A stretch of 39,656 nucleotides of DNA, taken from NCBI RefSeq assembly GCF_001194135.2, contig NC_069001.1, positions 37,183,872-37,223,527 on the forward strand. The letters run 5' to 3'. Source of the stretch: Octopus bimaculoides. Taxonomy: Eukaryota. A model generated the notes under the pieces. It was not told where the DNA came from, ran no database searches, and was given only the letters and a program-made list of their open reading frames with translations. Below, piece by piece: positions 11,522-29,639 of this stretch (the stretch's first letter is position 1; every line of letters starts with the position of its first letter). The position numbers were made by a program, and so were the translations under genes.

Positions 11522-11685
11522 AACAATATCACACTGGTAACTTATGGCACCAATATTGTTATTATCGGAGTTATACAAAATGTAGCATTGCCATATTTTA
11601 ACACAGTTGTGTCGTTATTACTGCATTCATAAATTTATGTTTAGATATCTTTTCATAGGAAATGTTCATACATTTTCATGCAAAA

Positions 11686-13864
<2,179 letters not shown>

Positions 13865-14171
13865 TTAATTAGTTTATTTTTATTTTCTACCAAGAAACTT
13901 TTTTCAGCTTCGATCTTTGTTGATATATGAAGATGATAGAAACTAGTTTAGTAAAATCGTCGAAATTTCATTCGAATGCTAATCACTCTTGAATATAATC
14001 CAGACAGTGAAACAGAAAATTTCGCTGATAATTTCAGCTCACAAGAAGTATTTCACAGAAATTCCATCATGCATTTCTATTTCGAATATGGTCCTTTTGT
14101 CTTTAAACGATATATATTTATGACGAATCTGAATTAAAAAAAAAAAATTTCTGCCAAAACCATTCGATATT

Positions 14172-15086
14172 CTGAAACAGTAAAGAAACAGTATAAGATG
14201 TAGGGGAATACTTAAAAGTAGGAACTTTATATTTCTATATAATTTTTAATACAATTAACGTTTATTTTTAGTGTTGTAATTTGATTCCACTTTCTTTTCA
14301 ATTTGCTATTACAAATTACATCATTTAACATTCTGTGATGTTTATATACTGGCATAAGCTATGCCTAAACATTTACAAACTACAGCTACACATTCAAATT
14401 GTCAAACAAATATATTACACTACAACAATAAGGGATGATAAAATTTGGTTCTCCGTCCAGAAAAGTCATTCAGCATCAATCATTTATAGTTTAGCTCCAG
14501 GTCATTTCTAAGTAGATGTAAAGATAGCTTATTTAAGCTGACTGTAAATTCATCACAAACATATCAAGATTTCATTCTTATGAATTATAATTACATCGCC
14601 AGTCAATATATCGTCGACAAATTTATTATCGTCGTGTTTTTCATCCGCAGGTTAAGAGACATTGCAAAACATTGCCTATATCATTATCAAAGTAAAATAA
14701 CATCCATCGCTAACCAAAATATGCATCTGAAACGATAATTCTCTTCTATTCCATCGAGTTTGTGGCCATCTGTCAACTTGTGTAGATGTACAAAGGTTGA
14801 CGACTCCCGGGGATAGAAACTCCATGATTGGGTGGACATAATACAAATTATTCAATCAATCTAATTTTGAAGCTTAAATCAGAAGATAGTTAACAGCAAC
14901 AACACTAAAAATAAACGTTAATTGTATTAAAAATATCCCGAATTATAAACAAGGTGGACACTGCATAGTATTAAAACAAAAAAAAAATGGAATTGACGTG
15001 TTAAATATACAAATCACTAAACATTATACTGATGGAAGACGAAAAAAAGACGATTGAATGAAGAAAACAACATGAACAAAAAATAC
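14172..15086 (-). other. predicted 5'-UTR intron of ZNF gene B
   Basis: Donor GAG|GTATTT at 15086, acceptor ttatactgtttctttactgtttCAG| at 14172; paralog-conserved. Confidence 0.65.
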
Positions 15087-15249
15087 CTCATAAATCACAA
15101 CTGTTGTTCGGAATTAGTGGTGGTGGTAATGTGTGTTAAACAAAGAAATAAATATATATATATATATATATATAGTATGTAAATATAACTAACTGCCGTT
15201 TGAAATTAAATATTCTTCGATTTTCATTGTTAATGGAAACCTGATGTCG

Positions 15250-15270
15250 ATATCCGGTTGAACATGCGCA
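15250..15270 (-). promoter_or_regulatory. conserved ETS-like + NRF1-like promoter motif, gene B
   Basis: atatccggttgaacatgcgca, one mismatch to the gene A motif. Confidence 0.6.
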
Positions 15271-15392
15271 TAGCGATGTTATGATAAAGCTTAGAATAGA
15301 GATACTCGATTTATATTTTTAAAATTTTTCTTCGCATTTTTGTTGCCAGCGAAAAAAATTACAATTTTGTCTCGAAAAGTGCTTTTTCACAC

Positions 15393-15497
15393 TCTGAATT
15401 CACATTCCGCTGAAATCAACTTTACCTTTCATCCTTTCGGGGTCGATAAATAAGTACCAGTTGAGCACTGGAGTCGATGTAATCGACGAGACCCCTC
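15393..15497 (+). mobile_element. SINE fragment
   Basis: tttcatcctttcggggtcgataaataagtaccagttgagcactggagtcgatgtaatcgac, shared with 24337-24467. Confidence 0.65.
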
Positions 15498-16309
15498 TAT
15501 TATTATTGTTGTTGTTACATATTTTTTCTTCTTTTTCCTCGTTCCTTTCTGTAGAAGAGCGTTAGCTAGACTAAAAAAAAAAAACAGGAGTTACATAATC
15601 ACCGTAGTCACTTATATATTCATTCACAGCTGAGTGTTTGTACCATATTTTATAACTTCTTCAGAAGCTCTGTGTGTGTGTGTTGTTATTTTGTCTCCTA
15701 GTCTTGACATAGCATAATAGCTGTTCTATCATACAAGCAGCATAATTTGTTTCCAGTCTTACATAAAAATATTTGTGGATAATAAAAACTATAATTTGCT
15801 TAGAAATTGGTTAAGTGCTGCAATCTGTAAAAATTTTTTAATGGGTAACATCAAATTCATGCACATGTGGAAAAGTGAATATCAAAACTGATTATTATGA
15901 TGATAGCTAGGGCATACGCTCTTTCAGGTGCAAAGACAGGAAAAATTTTGCTCCTCTATTACACGTTAGGTGGAGGTTTCTGGATCTATGAATTATTCTG
16001 TCAAATATAACCTGATGAATTTCTGACAAAGCCACCTCTAAGTGAGAAATTATCCATACTAACAGAATTCCTTCAAGCACTAGTAAAGCGCTCTATAGTC
16101 ACCAGTCCCAGCATCAACAGTAGTTAGGAATCTAACCCTGTGAACTGAACCAGCCAATTAGAATGAGTCAAATTCAATAACAACCAAAATATGTGTGCTT
16201 GTATATTTCTTCATACATATATGTACAAATGTTTGTGTGTATCAGAGGACAATTTTCTCATCCTTCAGAGAAATTGCCAGCACTATTTAAATCAAACATA
16301 ACTTAGCTG

Positions 16310-16960
16310 TAATCATCATCATCATTTAATGCCCATTTTCCATGAGCTGGATGGTTTGACAGGAGCTCTCCACACTCCAAATACTCTGTTCTGGCATGGT
16401 TTCTACAACTGGATGCCCTTCCTAATGCCAACCACTTTGTGGGGTGTGCTAATTGACTTTCATGTGCCACCAGCACAGGTGCTTTTATGCAGCACCAGCA
16501 CAACTGCATTTTATGTGGCACTGGCACCTGTAAAGGACAAGCCTGTATGTATGGATGACAGCAATTTTACTTGGCTTGATGCCTCTTCTCAAGTACAGTA
16601 AATCACCATAACCACCCCCGGTCCCTTATCATTTCCCCAGTGAGGCTCAGTGTCTGAAGATCCTTTCTCAGCACTTTGTTCCACATCTTCCTTGTCTACC
16701 CCTCCCACAGGTTCCCTCCACAATTAGAGCTCAGCACTTCCTTATGCAGCTGTCCCTATCCACATGCATCATGTGACCAAACCAACTGAGTCTTCTCTCT
16801 TACACACATTTGATGCCTCTTATACCATTTACACTTTGTCATGTGTGCACACTGACATTACCCAATCAGTGGAACATGCTAGCTTCATTTCTTTCAAGTC
16901 TTCACTGCCATATGAACACAGGCATCAGACAAAGTTGCATACCATACATTTGTCAGTAGT
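16310..16960 (-). mobile_element. RTE-clade LINE 3' end
   Basis: (ATC)n tail at ~16312. Minus translation RLSWFGHMMHVDRDSCIRKC..VEGTCGRGR; 3' UTR shared with 38300-38739. Confidence 0.75.
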
Positions 16961-17989
16961 GTTATTAGATAGTTAATAAATATTTATGTACAATCATCAT
17001 ATATTAGAAAAACTAAGTGTATAGGCCTGTTAATGAAAATGTTCCAGGTTATGTTATGTGGAGTAATTATATCCAAACAAAACAAGTATGAAAGTACCTT
17101 CAGGTGTCTCATGCAAACAAGGCCACCTGTCCAAACAATGTCCCTATCATTCACCTCAAACATTGGGCCTCAGAACTAGCCCCTGTACTTACCGCTCTTT
17201 AAATTCTCTACAGGGACCTAAATTAGTCTTAGGAAACACACCACACTATCTCATTCCCCAAAATGGCAATTTTTCTAACCCTGTCAACAATTGCCCTATT
17301 GCACTCACCTTTAGGTAATGGAGACAGCCATTAACAAAGGCATCTTCTAACACTTTGTATATCTCTTTCTCCCTCAGACTTCAAGTATAGTTTCTGTAAA
17401 GCTAAATCCACTGGTGACCCATGACTAGTTTCTTGCCTTGGAGAAATTTGGTGGAAGCAATGTTGTCATCCTTCACATCAGTAAAGTTTTTCAAAGTATT
17501 TGGCATGCAAGTCTATTGAAGTCGTTCACCTATTAGCTCCACCTGTCCCTCACCACTTGAATCAATAACTTCCTGTCAGATTGTCATATCAGTATATATG
17601 TTCATGAAGCTCTTTCAGTTTCTCATTTTATCAACACTATCTTCCTTCTATGCATCAATAACTTACTTGTCACCACATTCAGCTGCCACTCTCACAAAGA
17701 TCACACAACCCTTCATCCTTCTCTAACATTCTCCAACCATGCCTCATCCTAGGCACCACACTGACACTATGAACATGTCTTTTTCAATGGCAAGAAATAA
17801 AATCTGTACTTGTGTCAAGAAACCATCATCACATTTCCCTTAAATATGAGAAGTACTGAACTGGAGACATCACAATCACTCCAATGGTGTCTCACAACCA
17901 CTGACGATCATCCTTGCAAAACCATACCTTTAACAATGCAAGGAACACATCCCAACATCTAGCCTACTGATGCTATATTCTTGGTAAGG

Positions 17990-18255
17990 CAGCTACAGGA
18001 GAAGTACTTAGCCAAAAATAAACCTCTGTACTTGGCTTTGACAGGGCCCCCCACTCCCTTATCTGGTGGGCAATGAGGAAGCTAGAGATAGACAAGTAGT
18101 TGGTAAGAGCTGTAAAAGGCATGTATAGGGATACTGTTAGTAAGGTGAAAGTCAGCAATGAATATAGCAATAAATTCAGTGTACAGGTAGGAGTAGACCA
18201 ATGTTCAGTTTTCAGCTTCCTTTTTTTTCATCATAGTCCTCCAGGCTATAACAGT
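17990..18255 (+). mobile_element. degenerate LINE reverse-transcriptase fragment (RTE-like)
   Basis: KPLYLA..D..P..IWWAMRKLEIDK.LVRAVKGMYRDTVSKVKV..EYS.KFSVQVGV..., with stops and frameshifts. Confidence 0.7.
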
Positions 18256-19120
18256 TTATTTTGACTTGGTTTCTACAGTTGGGTACCTTTATCTACTAAA
18301 CTCTTTTTCTTTGTATCATGTCAGCATATGAAATCTCATTTACAGTCACATTTAACAAGATGGCTGAGTTGCAACTTTAGTGTGGTTGTTAGTCCTATCT
18401 TCTCTTGCTGTTATTAATGCCAGGTAGATTGTTAGGGTGCATGTGTTGACAATAATAATACTAAAATTTGATTGAATTGCCAAATATTTTATTTACCACC
18501 ACACTATGTATGTACATTCAATAAATTAATATTGTGTAAGTGGTACAGGGTATATGAATCATTGCATATAATGAATATTCATTTATTTGACACTCCTTCT
18601 CTAGTTAAGACATATGAATAGGAGAGAAAGATGACTTGAGAGAGTACCATAGAGGAAAAACAGTCAACTTGTACAAGTCCTGGTACAGCTCTATGGTCAG
18701 ATTAAATTTTCCAAAATAGGTGATAAAGTTGAGAGAATATTCATACACAGGGAAAGCTGTATGGTCAGTATAGACATGGGAAATCTCTACCCTAATTTTC
18801 ATTTTCTTTCTATTAAATAACTGTTGGCACAGAAGATTCTAGAATGTATTTGAATAGAAAAGTTCCACACTTCCTTGGCCATAAATCAGCCAGTACTGAT
18901 TCTGCAGGCATTATTACCTTTTATGAAAATATATTAGGTTGTGATTAATATCTTTATAGCATAGCAGTTTGGTAAAAGGTGAGGGATATGTTAAGTAGTA
19001 GGGTGAATTTGTTTGACTCATCCCTCTGAGGCAGTGACCTAGCCTCGTTGCAGTCTAGTGACTGACTGAAACATCTTATAAATAAATAAATAAAAGTATT
19101 TTTGAAGATCCATAACTACA

Positions 19121-19356
19121 GATGATTCTGCTGTGTCAATTACAGCCTGCAGATACTTCGAGTAGCCTTCCACGAGCTTGCTGCACTGGTCTGCTGACAG
19201 TTTTCACCATTCTTCATGGCATAACTTCTTGAGCTGTGTCAGATTGGATGGAGAACGTTGGTGCACAGCCAGCTTTAGATCTCGCCATAGATTTTCTATA
19301 GGATTGAGGTCTGGAGACTGGCTGGGCCACTCCAAAACTGTGATCATCTTTGAGTG
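19121..19356 (-). mobile_element. Tc1-family transposase C-terminal fragment
   Basis: Minus translation [47 protein letters not shown] contains the diagnostic [13 protein letters not shown] motif; one in-frame stop. Confidence 0.9.
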
Positions 19357-19969
19357 AAAAATCTACAGAACGGAATTTTTTAAACCATTTCTGACAAGTG
19401 CATTCTGTTAACCAACACCATAAACTTTACATATCTCTTTGTGAGCCCAAGCAGCTTTCTTGCCTTTACAGAAATAAAAAAGCAAAATATGGTGAAAATG
19501 TTCATTTTTGCACTCCATGTTAAAACTGACACTGAACAGCTGTAAACAAAATTACATGTAATTTGCTTCTATAGTAAGCTAAAAGTAACGGCTATCAAAT
19601 GTCAAAAGGAAAAAATCATAACATTGACAAAATACATTAAAAAAAAAATCGTAACTCTATTTGCAAAAACCAAAATTACTTTCTTGCCAACCCAATATTA
19701 GGGAATATTTTTAATACAATTAACATTTGTTTGTAATGTTGTTGTGGTTAATAATCTCCCTATTGAAAATTAAATGCATATTAAATGGTGTGTTGCCTGT
19801 GTAAATAATTTTGTGAGTAGTTAAGTCACATATAAATATATATGTGTCCTGCACATATGCTAGGACACAATAACCTCCTAAGCAGACATAGTGTAGATAT
19901 AAATATAATATGGGAACCAGTATTAAGAAAAGATAAAATAATCCCTAAAATTCACTCTATAATTGCCCA

Positions 19970-20040
19970 AAGGCATATAGCATAGTGGATAAGGGTGTGG
20001 GCTACTAACCCTCAGATTCTAAGTTCAATCCCAGGCAGAA
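19970..20040 (+). mobile_element. tRNA-like SINE head remnant
   Basis: tagcatagtggataag...aagttcaatcccagg resembles degenerate Pol III A and B boxes. Confidence 0.4.
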
Positions 20041-20271
20041 AACAGAAAAATAACATCAGAAACATAGGAAAGAAAACAATTTAACCCATTAGTCAAATAA
20101 AGGGTTGGGTTTGAAATTTAACCAAAGCACCTGATGAAGCTTGCAGTGTACATCAGCCGAAACGTTTGTGATAAACAAAATGAGGACACTTATCCTTCCA
20201 TTGTAAATAATGTATCTTTACTCACTTCTGGAATTATTCCACATGCAATATAAATATTTTCAAAGAATGCT

Positions 20272-20277
20272 TTTATT
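20272..20277 (-). terminator. candidate polyadenylation signal, gene C
   Basis: AATAAA on minus in a context homologous to the gene B signal. Confidence 0.45.
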
Positions 20278-20558
20278 GACAATTTATCTCACTAACATAC
20301 TTATTTCTTGTTATGTATCGCATAATTTTGGTGGTTATCACACTACTGTACTTTTTTACATGTTCCAATACATTTATAGTTACATATTTCAAAACATTTT
20401 ACATCAAAATATTAGTCTTTCATATGAGTAATTCAGTGATACTTTTGAGAGAATGATTTGCCATACATTGCACAGGGTTAAAGCTGGTCTCCTATATGAA
20501 TATATTTATGAGTTATGTCACAAATTCAAGAGAATGATTCCCCACAGAGAACACAGTC

Positions 20559-23509
<2,951 letters not shown>

Positions 23510-23755
23510 AATTCTTCTCTCACCACTACTTATATTGAGTTATTCTTAACTCTCACTTCTATATTTCCATGAATTTGGATTTTTGTTGATATCTGAAGAT
23601 GATTAATTTCAGAGAAAATATTTCCCAGATATTCCACTAAAGATTATATCAACAGGATCATATCTGTTTGGTATCACAACTTTCTTTAGTCTTTAAATGA
23701 TAAATATTGATGATGCATCTAAAGAAATTCTTTTATGACAATGACATCTAGTATT

Positions 23756-25065
23756 CTGAAATAATAAAGAAATAGTATAAGCTATCAGAGAAAGTCAAAA
23801 ATAGAGATTCAACAGAGGAAAATACACATTTCTAAATTGATATATCGTAAATATATGCATTCATCTTTACTTCTTAACATGCTTTACAAAATACACCCCA
23901 CAACATTCTATGAAGTTTACATATTTACAATAGTAAACAATAACATTCAGTTCTCTGCCAAAAAAATCATTTTGCAACACAAAAGACTTTGCAGAGTTCA
24001 ATAAAAATACGAAGTGTGTGTAAAGTAACAGGAAACTGTTATATAACCATTAATGTAACTTTGAGCATACGTGCACCTCATTATGGACCCTGATCGAAGC
24101 ACACCATATAACACCCGACTATCAGGTAGCCTTGGTCGATAGTAAATTCATCATAGGTAAAATCCAGAAAGTTATCGGAAACAGTCGGAAGTGGGGTCCC
24201 AAAACTTTTTTTTTTTAGCAGGTAACAATTCATTTATTTGATGTAAAAATGTGACTAAATGTATCTGAATAAGATAATCCTCATATTTCACGTATTTTGT
24301 GGCCCACTGTTCACTCATCAGTATTCTATCTTGTCTCCGTTGAGGTCGACTTTGTCTTTCATCCTTTCGAGGTCGATAAATTAAGTACCAGCTGCGTACG
24401 AGGGTCGATCTAATCGACTGGTCTCCTCCCCCAAAATTTCGGGCCTTGTGCCTAAAGCCGAAAAGAATATTCTATCTTGTCTATAGATGCAGAAAGATTG
24501 TCAAACTCTGGTCTAAAAACTCAATACGCGAGGGAAAATAATGTAAATTATTCAATCAATATGATCATACGTATAACACTTTAATGTTTTTGTAATACGA
24601 TCTCTTGAAAGTAAACAAAATCAAAAATTTTAATGGGGGAGGGGGGTGAAATTAAAATTTCTTTTTGCATATTCGTAATCTCCTACATCTAAAACGTAAT
24701 CTTGTGAAAAAAAATGCATTTTTCAAGGAGAGGTGCGAAACTGCATCAGCCCCCGTGTTATATATGTAACAAAATCTAATAGACATAATTATGAAAGTGA
24801 ATGCTAATATGAAAATAAAATTCAAGATAATGAGAAACAAAAATCTATTATGTTTAAAGCTTAAATCAGAAGATAGTTAACAGCAACAACACTAAAAATA
24901 AAAGTCAATAGTATTAAAAAATATCTCCGGAGGATAAACAAGGTGGACACAGTATAGTGTCAAAACAACAACAAAAATATAGAAGTGACATGTTAAAGAT
25001 CACCAAACATATTCTATTGATATTAGAAAAGGCGATACAGGGAAGAAAACATGAAAAAAAAATAC
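23756..25065 (-). other. predicted 5'-UTR intron of ZNF gene C
   Basis: Donor AAG|GTATTT at 25065, acceptor ttatactatttctttattatttCAG| at 23756. Confidence 0.65.
24337..24467 (+). mobile_element. 5'-truncated SINE with 15-bp TSD in intron of gene C
   Basis: Direct repeat tattctatcttgtct at 24322-24336 and 24468-24482. The gene A intron shows the empty site (tattctaactagtctgtagatgca). Confidence 0.85.
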
Positions 25066-25276
25066 CTTATTAGAAAGTCAGTGGTGGTGGTCATGTTTGT
25101 TCATCAGTGGAGAAAGGTTTCTGTTAGAAGTATATTTACATCATGTGTATATAGTAGGTAAATATTACAGCATTTTAATCATTTTATATTTTATGCTAAA
25201 TAAATTATTCTTTAGAAAGACTTGATTCGAGCTAAGTATAAATTAAATTTCCTTTATCGATGGCCGTCCGAAATTA

Positions 25277-25297
25277 ATATCCGGCTGAGCATGCGCA
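25277..25297 (-). promoter_or_regulatory. conserved ETS-like + NRF1-like promoter motif, gene C
   Basis: atatccggctgagcatgcgca. Confidence 0.6.
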
Positions 25298-25984
25298 TAA
25301 CGATGTAACAATGTATTAGTGAAGATCGTCATTTTTACTGTCATGTAAAGCTGCGTCTGAATGTATAGGCATTCCTTCGATATAACTCGACGACTTCGGG
25401 TATTTCCGTGCCAAAGGACAGTTGCCGGAATGGGAGGAGGAGAAGAAAGCTAATGGGTTGTGTGTGCATGCTTGTTCTTGTCTGTGTCTGTGTGAAAGAC
25501 AGTGGTGATGGTGGTAACGTCAGAAGTCTGAATGCTGTGTGTATGGCAAATGTAGTGGTGATGGTGGTGGTACTGTTGCTTATCATGCAGCTTGGCAATA
25601 AGCTCCAAGTCAACAAATTATATCATTGTTTTTATGAAAATTGTTCATTGCTTGAAAAATATTGTCCAAGTTTAAGTACTCAATGCATGAAGTTTCATTC
25701 TTGGGCCCAAGGCCAGTTACATATATATATATGCCCCACTGGGCAGCTTTTAAGCTAGTATATATATATATAATTGGCATTCTGTTGATTACGACAACTG
25801 CAGTTAATCCAATCAATGGAACAGCCTGCTAGTGAAATTAACCTGCATTCCAGACATGTGTACCCTTAACATAGTTCTCAGGGAGAATCAGCATGACAGA
25901 AAATGTAACAAGGTGGGCCCTTTGAAATATACGGGTACAACAGCACCATCCGAGAGGGATCACTGCCAGAGCAGAGGTCTCGCT

Positions 25985-26165
25985 TCTGTGCCGGTGGCAC
26001 GTAAAAAGCGCCCGCTACACTCTCGGAATGGTTGGCGTTAGGAAGGGCATCCAGCTGTAGAAACTCTGCCAGATCAGATTGGAGTCTGGTGTAGCCAGTC
26101 CCCAGTCAAATTGTCCAACCCATGCTAGCATGGAAAGCGGACATTAAATGATGATGATGATGATA
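25985..26165 (+). mobile_element. RTE 3'-UTR-derived repeat with (GAT)n tail
   Basis: gtggcacgtaaaaagc..aagggcatccagctgtagaaac..cccatgctagcatggaaagcggacattaaatgatgatgatgat, same as 38550-38739. Confidence 0.75.
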
Positions 26166-26201
26166 TATATATATACACACACACACATATATATATATAT
26201 A

Positions 26202-26940
26202 ATCATCATTTAACATCCATTTTCCATACTGGTTTGGGTTGGACAGTTTGATTGAAAACCGGTAAGCTGGGGAGCTGCACCAGGTTCCAGTTCTGATTTG
26301 GTATGGTTTCTACAGCTGGATACTGTTCCTAACACCAAACACTCCAAGAGTTAGTAGGTGATTTTATGTGCCACTGGTATGAGTGCCAGTTACAAAACAC
26401 CGGCATCGGCCATGACTGCAATTTCACTTGGCTTCACAGGTCTTCTCAAGCATGGTATATTGCCAAAAGTCTTGGTCATTTGTCACTGCTTCCATGAAGC
26501 CTAAAGTTTGAAGGGTGCTTTTTATGTGCCACCAGCATTAGCCATGACTACAATTTCACTTGCTTTGACAGGCCTTCTCAAGGATGGCATATCGCCAAAG
26601 GTCTCGGTCACTTGTCATCACCTCTGTGAGGCCCAATGTTCAAAGATCATGCTCCACCACCTTGTCCCATGTCTTTCTGGGTCTACCCCTTCCACAGGTT
26701 CCCTCCACTGTTAGAGATCGGCACTTCTTCACCCAACTGTCTTCATCCATATGTATTGCATGACCATACCAGCGTAGTCATCTCTCTTGCGCAGCACATC
26801 TGATGCCTCTTCTGTCCAACTTTTCCCTCAATATGCTTACATTCTGTTGTGCATGCACACTGACATTGCATATCCAGCAAAGCATACTAGATCCATTTCT
26901 TTCAAGCCTATGCATGTCCTCAGCCCATGTTTCACCAGTA
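26202..26940 (-). mobile_element. RTE-clade LINE 3' end
   Basis: Minus translation RLRWYGHAIHMDEDSWVKKCRSLTVEGTCGRGRPRKTWDKVV; (ATC)n tail near 26202. Confidence 0.8.
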
Positions 26941-28116
26941 GAAAATGAAGGAGTATTGATTTTTACATGTGTGATTTGTAGGAGGAAATGTTCAAGTCAT
27001 GCAGGCCTGTTTAGCCATCAAAAAGCCATGGGAATCAACTCCTTATAAATTATGATGCGGCTATTGTTGATAACAGAACACATGCAACTTGTGGAAAGGT
27101 GTGTTGTTCAGTTGGAGGATGAAAAAGACATGTCAAGAGACTTCATACTGTGGCACCAGTTCCTTCTGCCAGCCAGCACAACTGTGCATTATGCAATAAA
27201 ATGAGCAAGCCTATGGTAGTGCTGAAGAGTCATATAAGGGCCTCACTTTGCATTATCAATGACTCATTTCAATGATTCTTTCCAGCAATGGCTTTGCTTG
27301 TACATGATAAAGCAGCCACTGTATGTGTGTGGGTATTACACACACAAATATACTATTTATTAAAGCTGCAAAAAAGATGTTTTCCAGCTTTAATAAACAA
27401 TATATTACCTTTGGTATTTGAGTACTATTTTTTTCCACCCTGTTTTGCATCTATGTGCTTACTTGTGTGTGTATATAAATCAAATAGCATTGCATTTTGC
27501 TTGAAGTGTTATAGTACAGAGGTAGGAAAAGAAAACAAAAATAAAGTGTCTAACAATGCAGAAAGTTTTTTAAAAAAAACTTTTTATTTCAGGTGCAAAG
27601 GCCTATCTTCAGAAGGAAGCAGTCCAAGAAATGCCTAGTTACATTGATTTTGTTATTTTATTTAAACTGCCTGGCAATTGGGTTGGCAGCAACTCTTCAA
27701 CTGTTAGTCATTGTAATGTATTTTCACATAGTAGCGGTGGAAGATGGTGTTAGTGGAATGTTTTATGAAGTCACTATGATGTATTCACAGGAGTCACTGG
27801 CCCATCTGTGATCAACTGTTAATTTTCAAGTTGAGGCAGTGGGTCAATATAGCTTCATTCACACAAGGATTTCCTGTGTTCCTCTCTAAGGGTAGCATGG
27901 ATGCTTCTATCTCTCTAGTGGTGTTGCTGCATTTGGTTAAGTGTTTGCAGAAGGAAGACACATCAGTGGTGAGATGCCCTATTTGCAACTCTAACACATG
28001 CCTACATCTATATGTAGTATACCAAATATGATGCTCCAAATGCAACAACTGTTACAACACTAGCACAGTCCAACCACTCCACATCTGAATGAAGAATGAA
28101 CTTCCATTCCTTTATA

Positions 28117-28119
<3 letters not shown>

Positions 28120-28188
<69 letters not shown>

Positions 28189-28214
28189 TATGTATATATA
28201 TATATATATATATA
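28120..28214. repeat. (TA)n microsatellite
   Basis: ~95-bp nearly pure TA run. Confidence 0.95.
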
Positions 28215-29639
28215 AGTATATACTCACACACATAATGCTCCAACCCATGCCAGCATAGAACATACGTTAAATGATGATTAATATTAAGATGATAAATAGT
28301 ATATACAAACTAAGTTAAAAAATGATACAGTATACATAAGTGTACGCATAAAATTACACACTCACAACGCTATAGAAAATAGTGATGTAGAGACATGTAC
28401 ACCTGTTTATGGATGGCAGCATCACTAAGGAAATTCAATTATGTTAGTAAACCGATTAGATGTTCTGTATTAAAAATTTACATTTATCAGTTTGCCTTGC
28501 AAGATTCCTCATGTGAAATCATGTGTTGAAGCAGATATTGTTTTATTTCGGGATGATCATTTTTTGTTTTTGCTAAATAAATACATGCACTATGTATTTG
28601 CTCTTTACTCGTTTGTAAATGTTCTTATTTTTTTTTAACTCATGTCTATTGTTTGGAAAGCTTTCGTCACACATCTGTGACCTCTTCAGCGATACTTTTC
28701 ATTTTTGTGTGTGCTCTTGCTCCACTTACTCCATTCTGTTCTTCTAAGATGTGTATCCTTATCTGCGCAGGCATTTGCATCCATGTTTGTGTGTGTGTCA
28801 TTGTTCTTAGCAGCAGTATGGCCTTCCCCTGACACAAAAACAGAAAGTGTCACTGAAGAGGTTACAGATGTGTGACATAAGTTTTCTGGACAATGGACAG
28901 AAGTTAAAAATAAAACTAATAAACGAGTGAGGAATAAATATATAGTGCGTGTGTTTATTTGGCAAAAAATAAAAGAAATAACCATCCTGAAATACAACAA
29001 TATTAAAAATTTATTTATCCAGTTGTTTCCTAATTTTCCTTTATTCTTTTCATTCACCTCATTTCCTGAAAGATCAGTTTATATAGTGGTTTACAATGTA
29101 CTCTTGTTTATTGTTTTGTTTTGACTATTATATACTAATGAAATAATTATAACATTATCAATGTGAGGCATATATTCTGTGGAATGAGGTTTGGTTTAGC
29201 GAACAGCAAATTGTTTGTTGATACACCTGAAGAACTGTCACTTGCCAGTATCGCTGGAATAATATTGATATGATGCATTATTTCATTTATGGTGCGTGGA
29301 AACCTGACAAGATCTGGTGTCACGAAAATAGCACTCAGTATATTCTGTAAAGTGTATGGCATTAAGAAGACAATCCAGCAGAAAAAATCATGCTATAGCA
29401 AACATTGGTGCATGATGCTCTCCCAAACTGATCAAATTCTCTCAAACTCTTCAATCCATGCCAGCATGGAAAGGATGTTCATGATGATGATGATGATAGT
29501 GTTGCCAGCTTATCACACTGCTTCATTTTCTTTCTTATGAATACACTTATGGTTAGATACTTTTTACATTAATATTATTTTTTTGCATGAAGAAATACAG
29601 GTGTAAGAGATGATGACAAGAGAATGATACACTATAGAA

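Noticed and set aside
17340-17960. Possible AP-endonuclease remnant of the RTE on minus; also LINE-like scraps at 18600-18800, 26960-27030, 27170-27245 and 27800-28030
   Set aside because: Only scattered motif resemblance (e.g. CxxC..SH ends) with many disruptions; boundaries cannot be supported without an alignment search.
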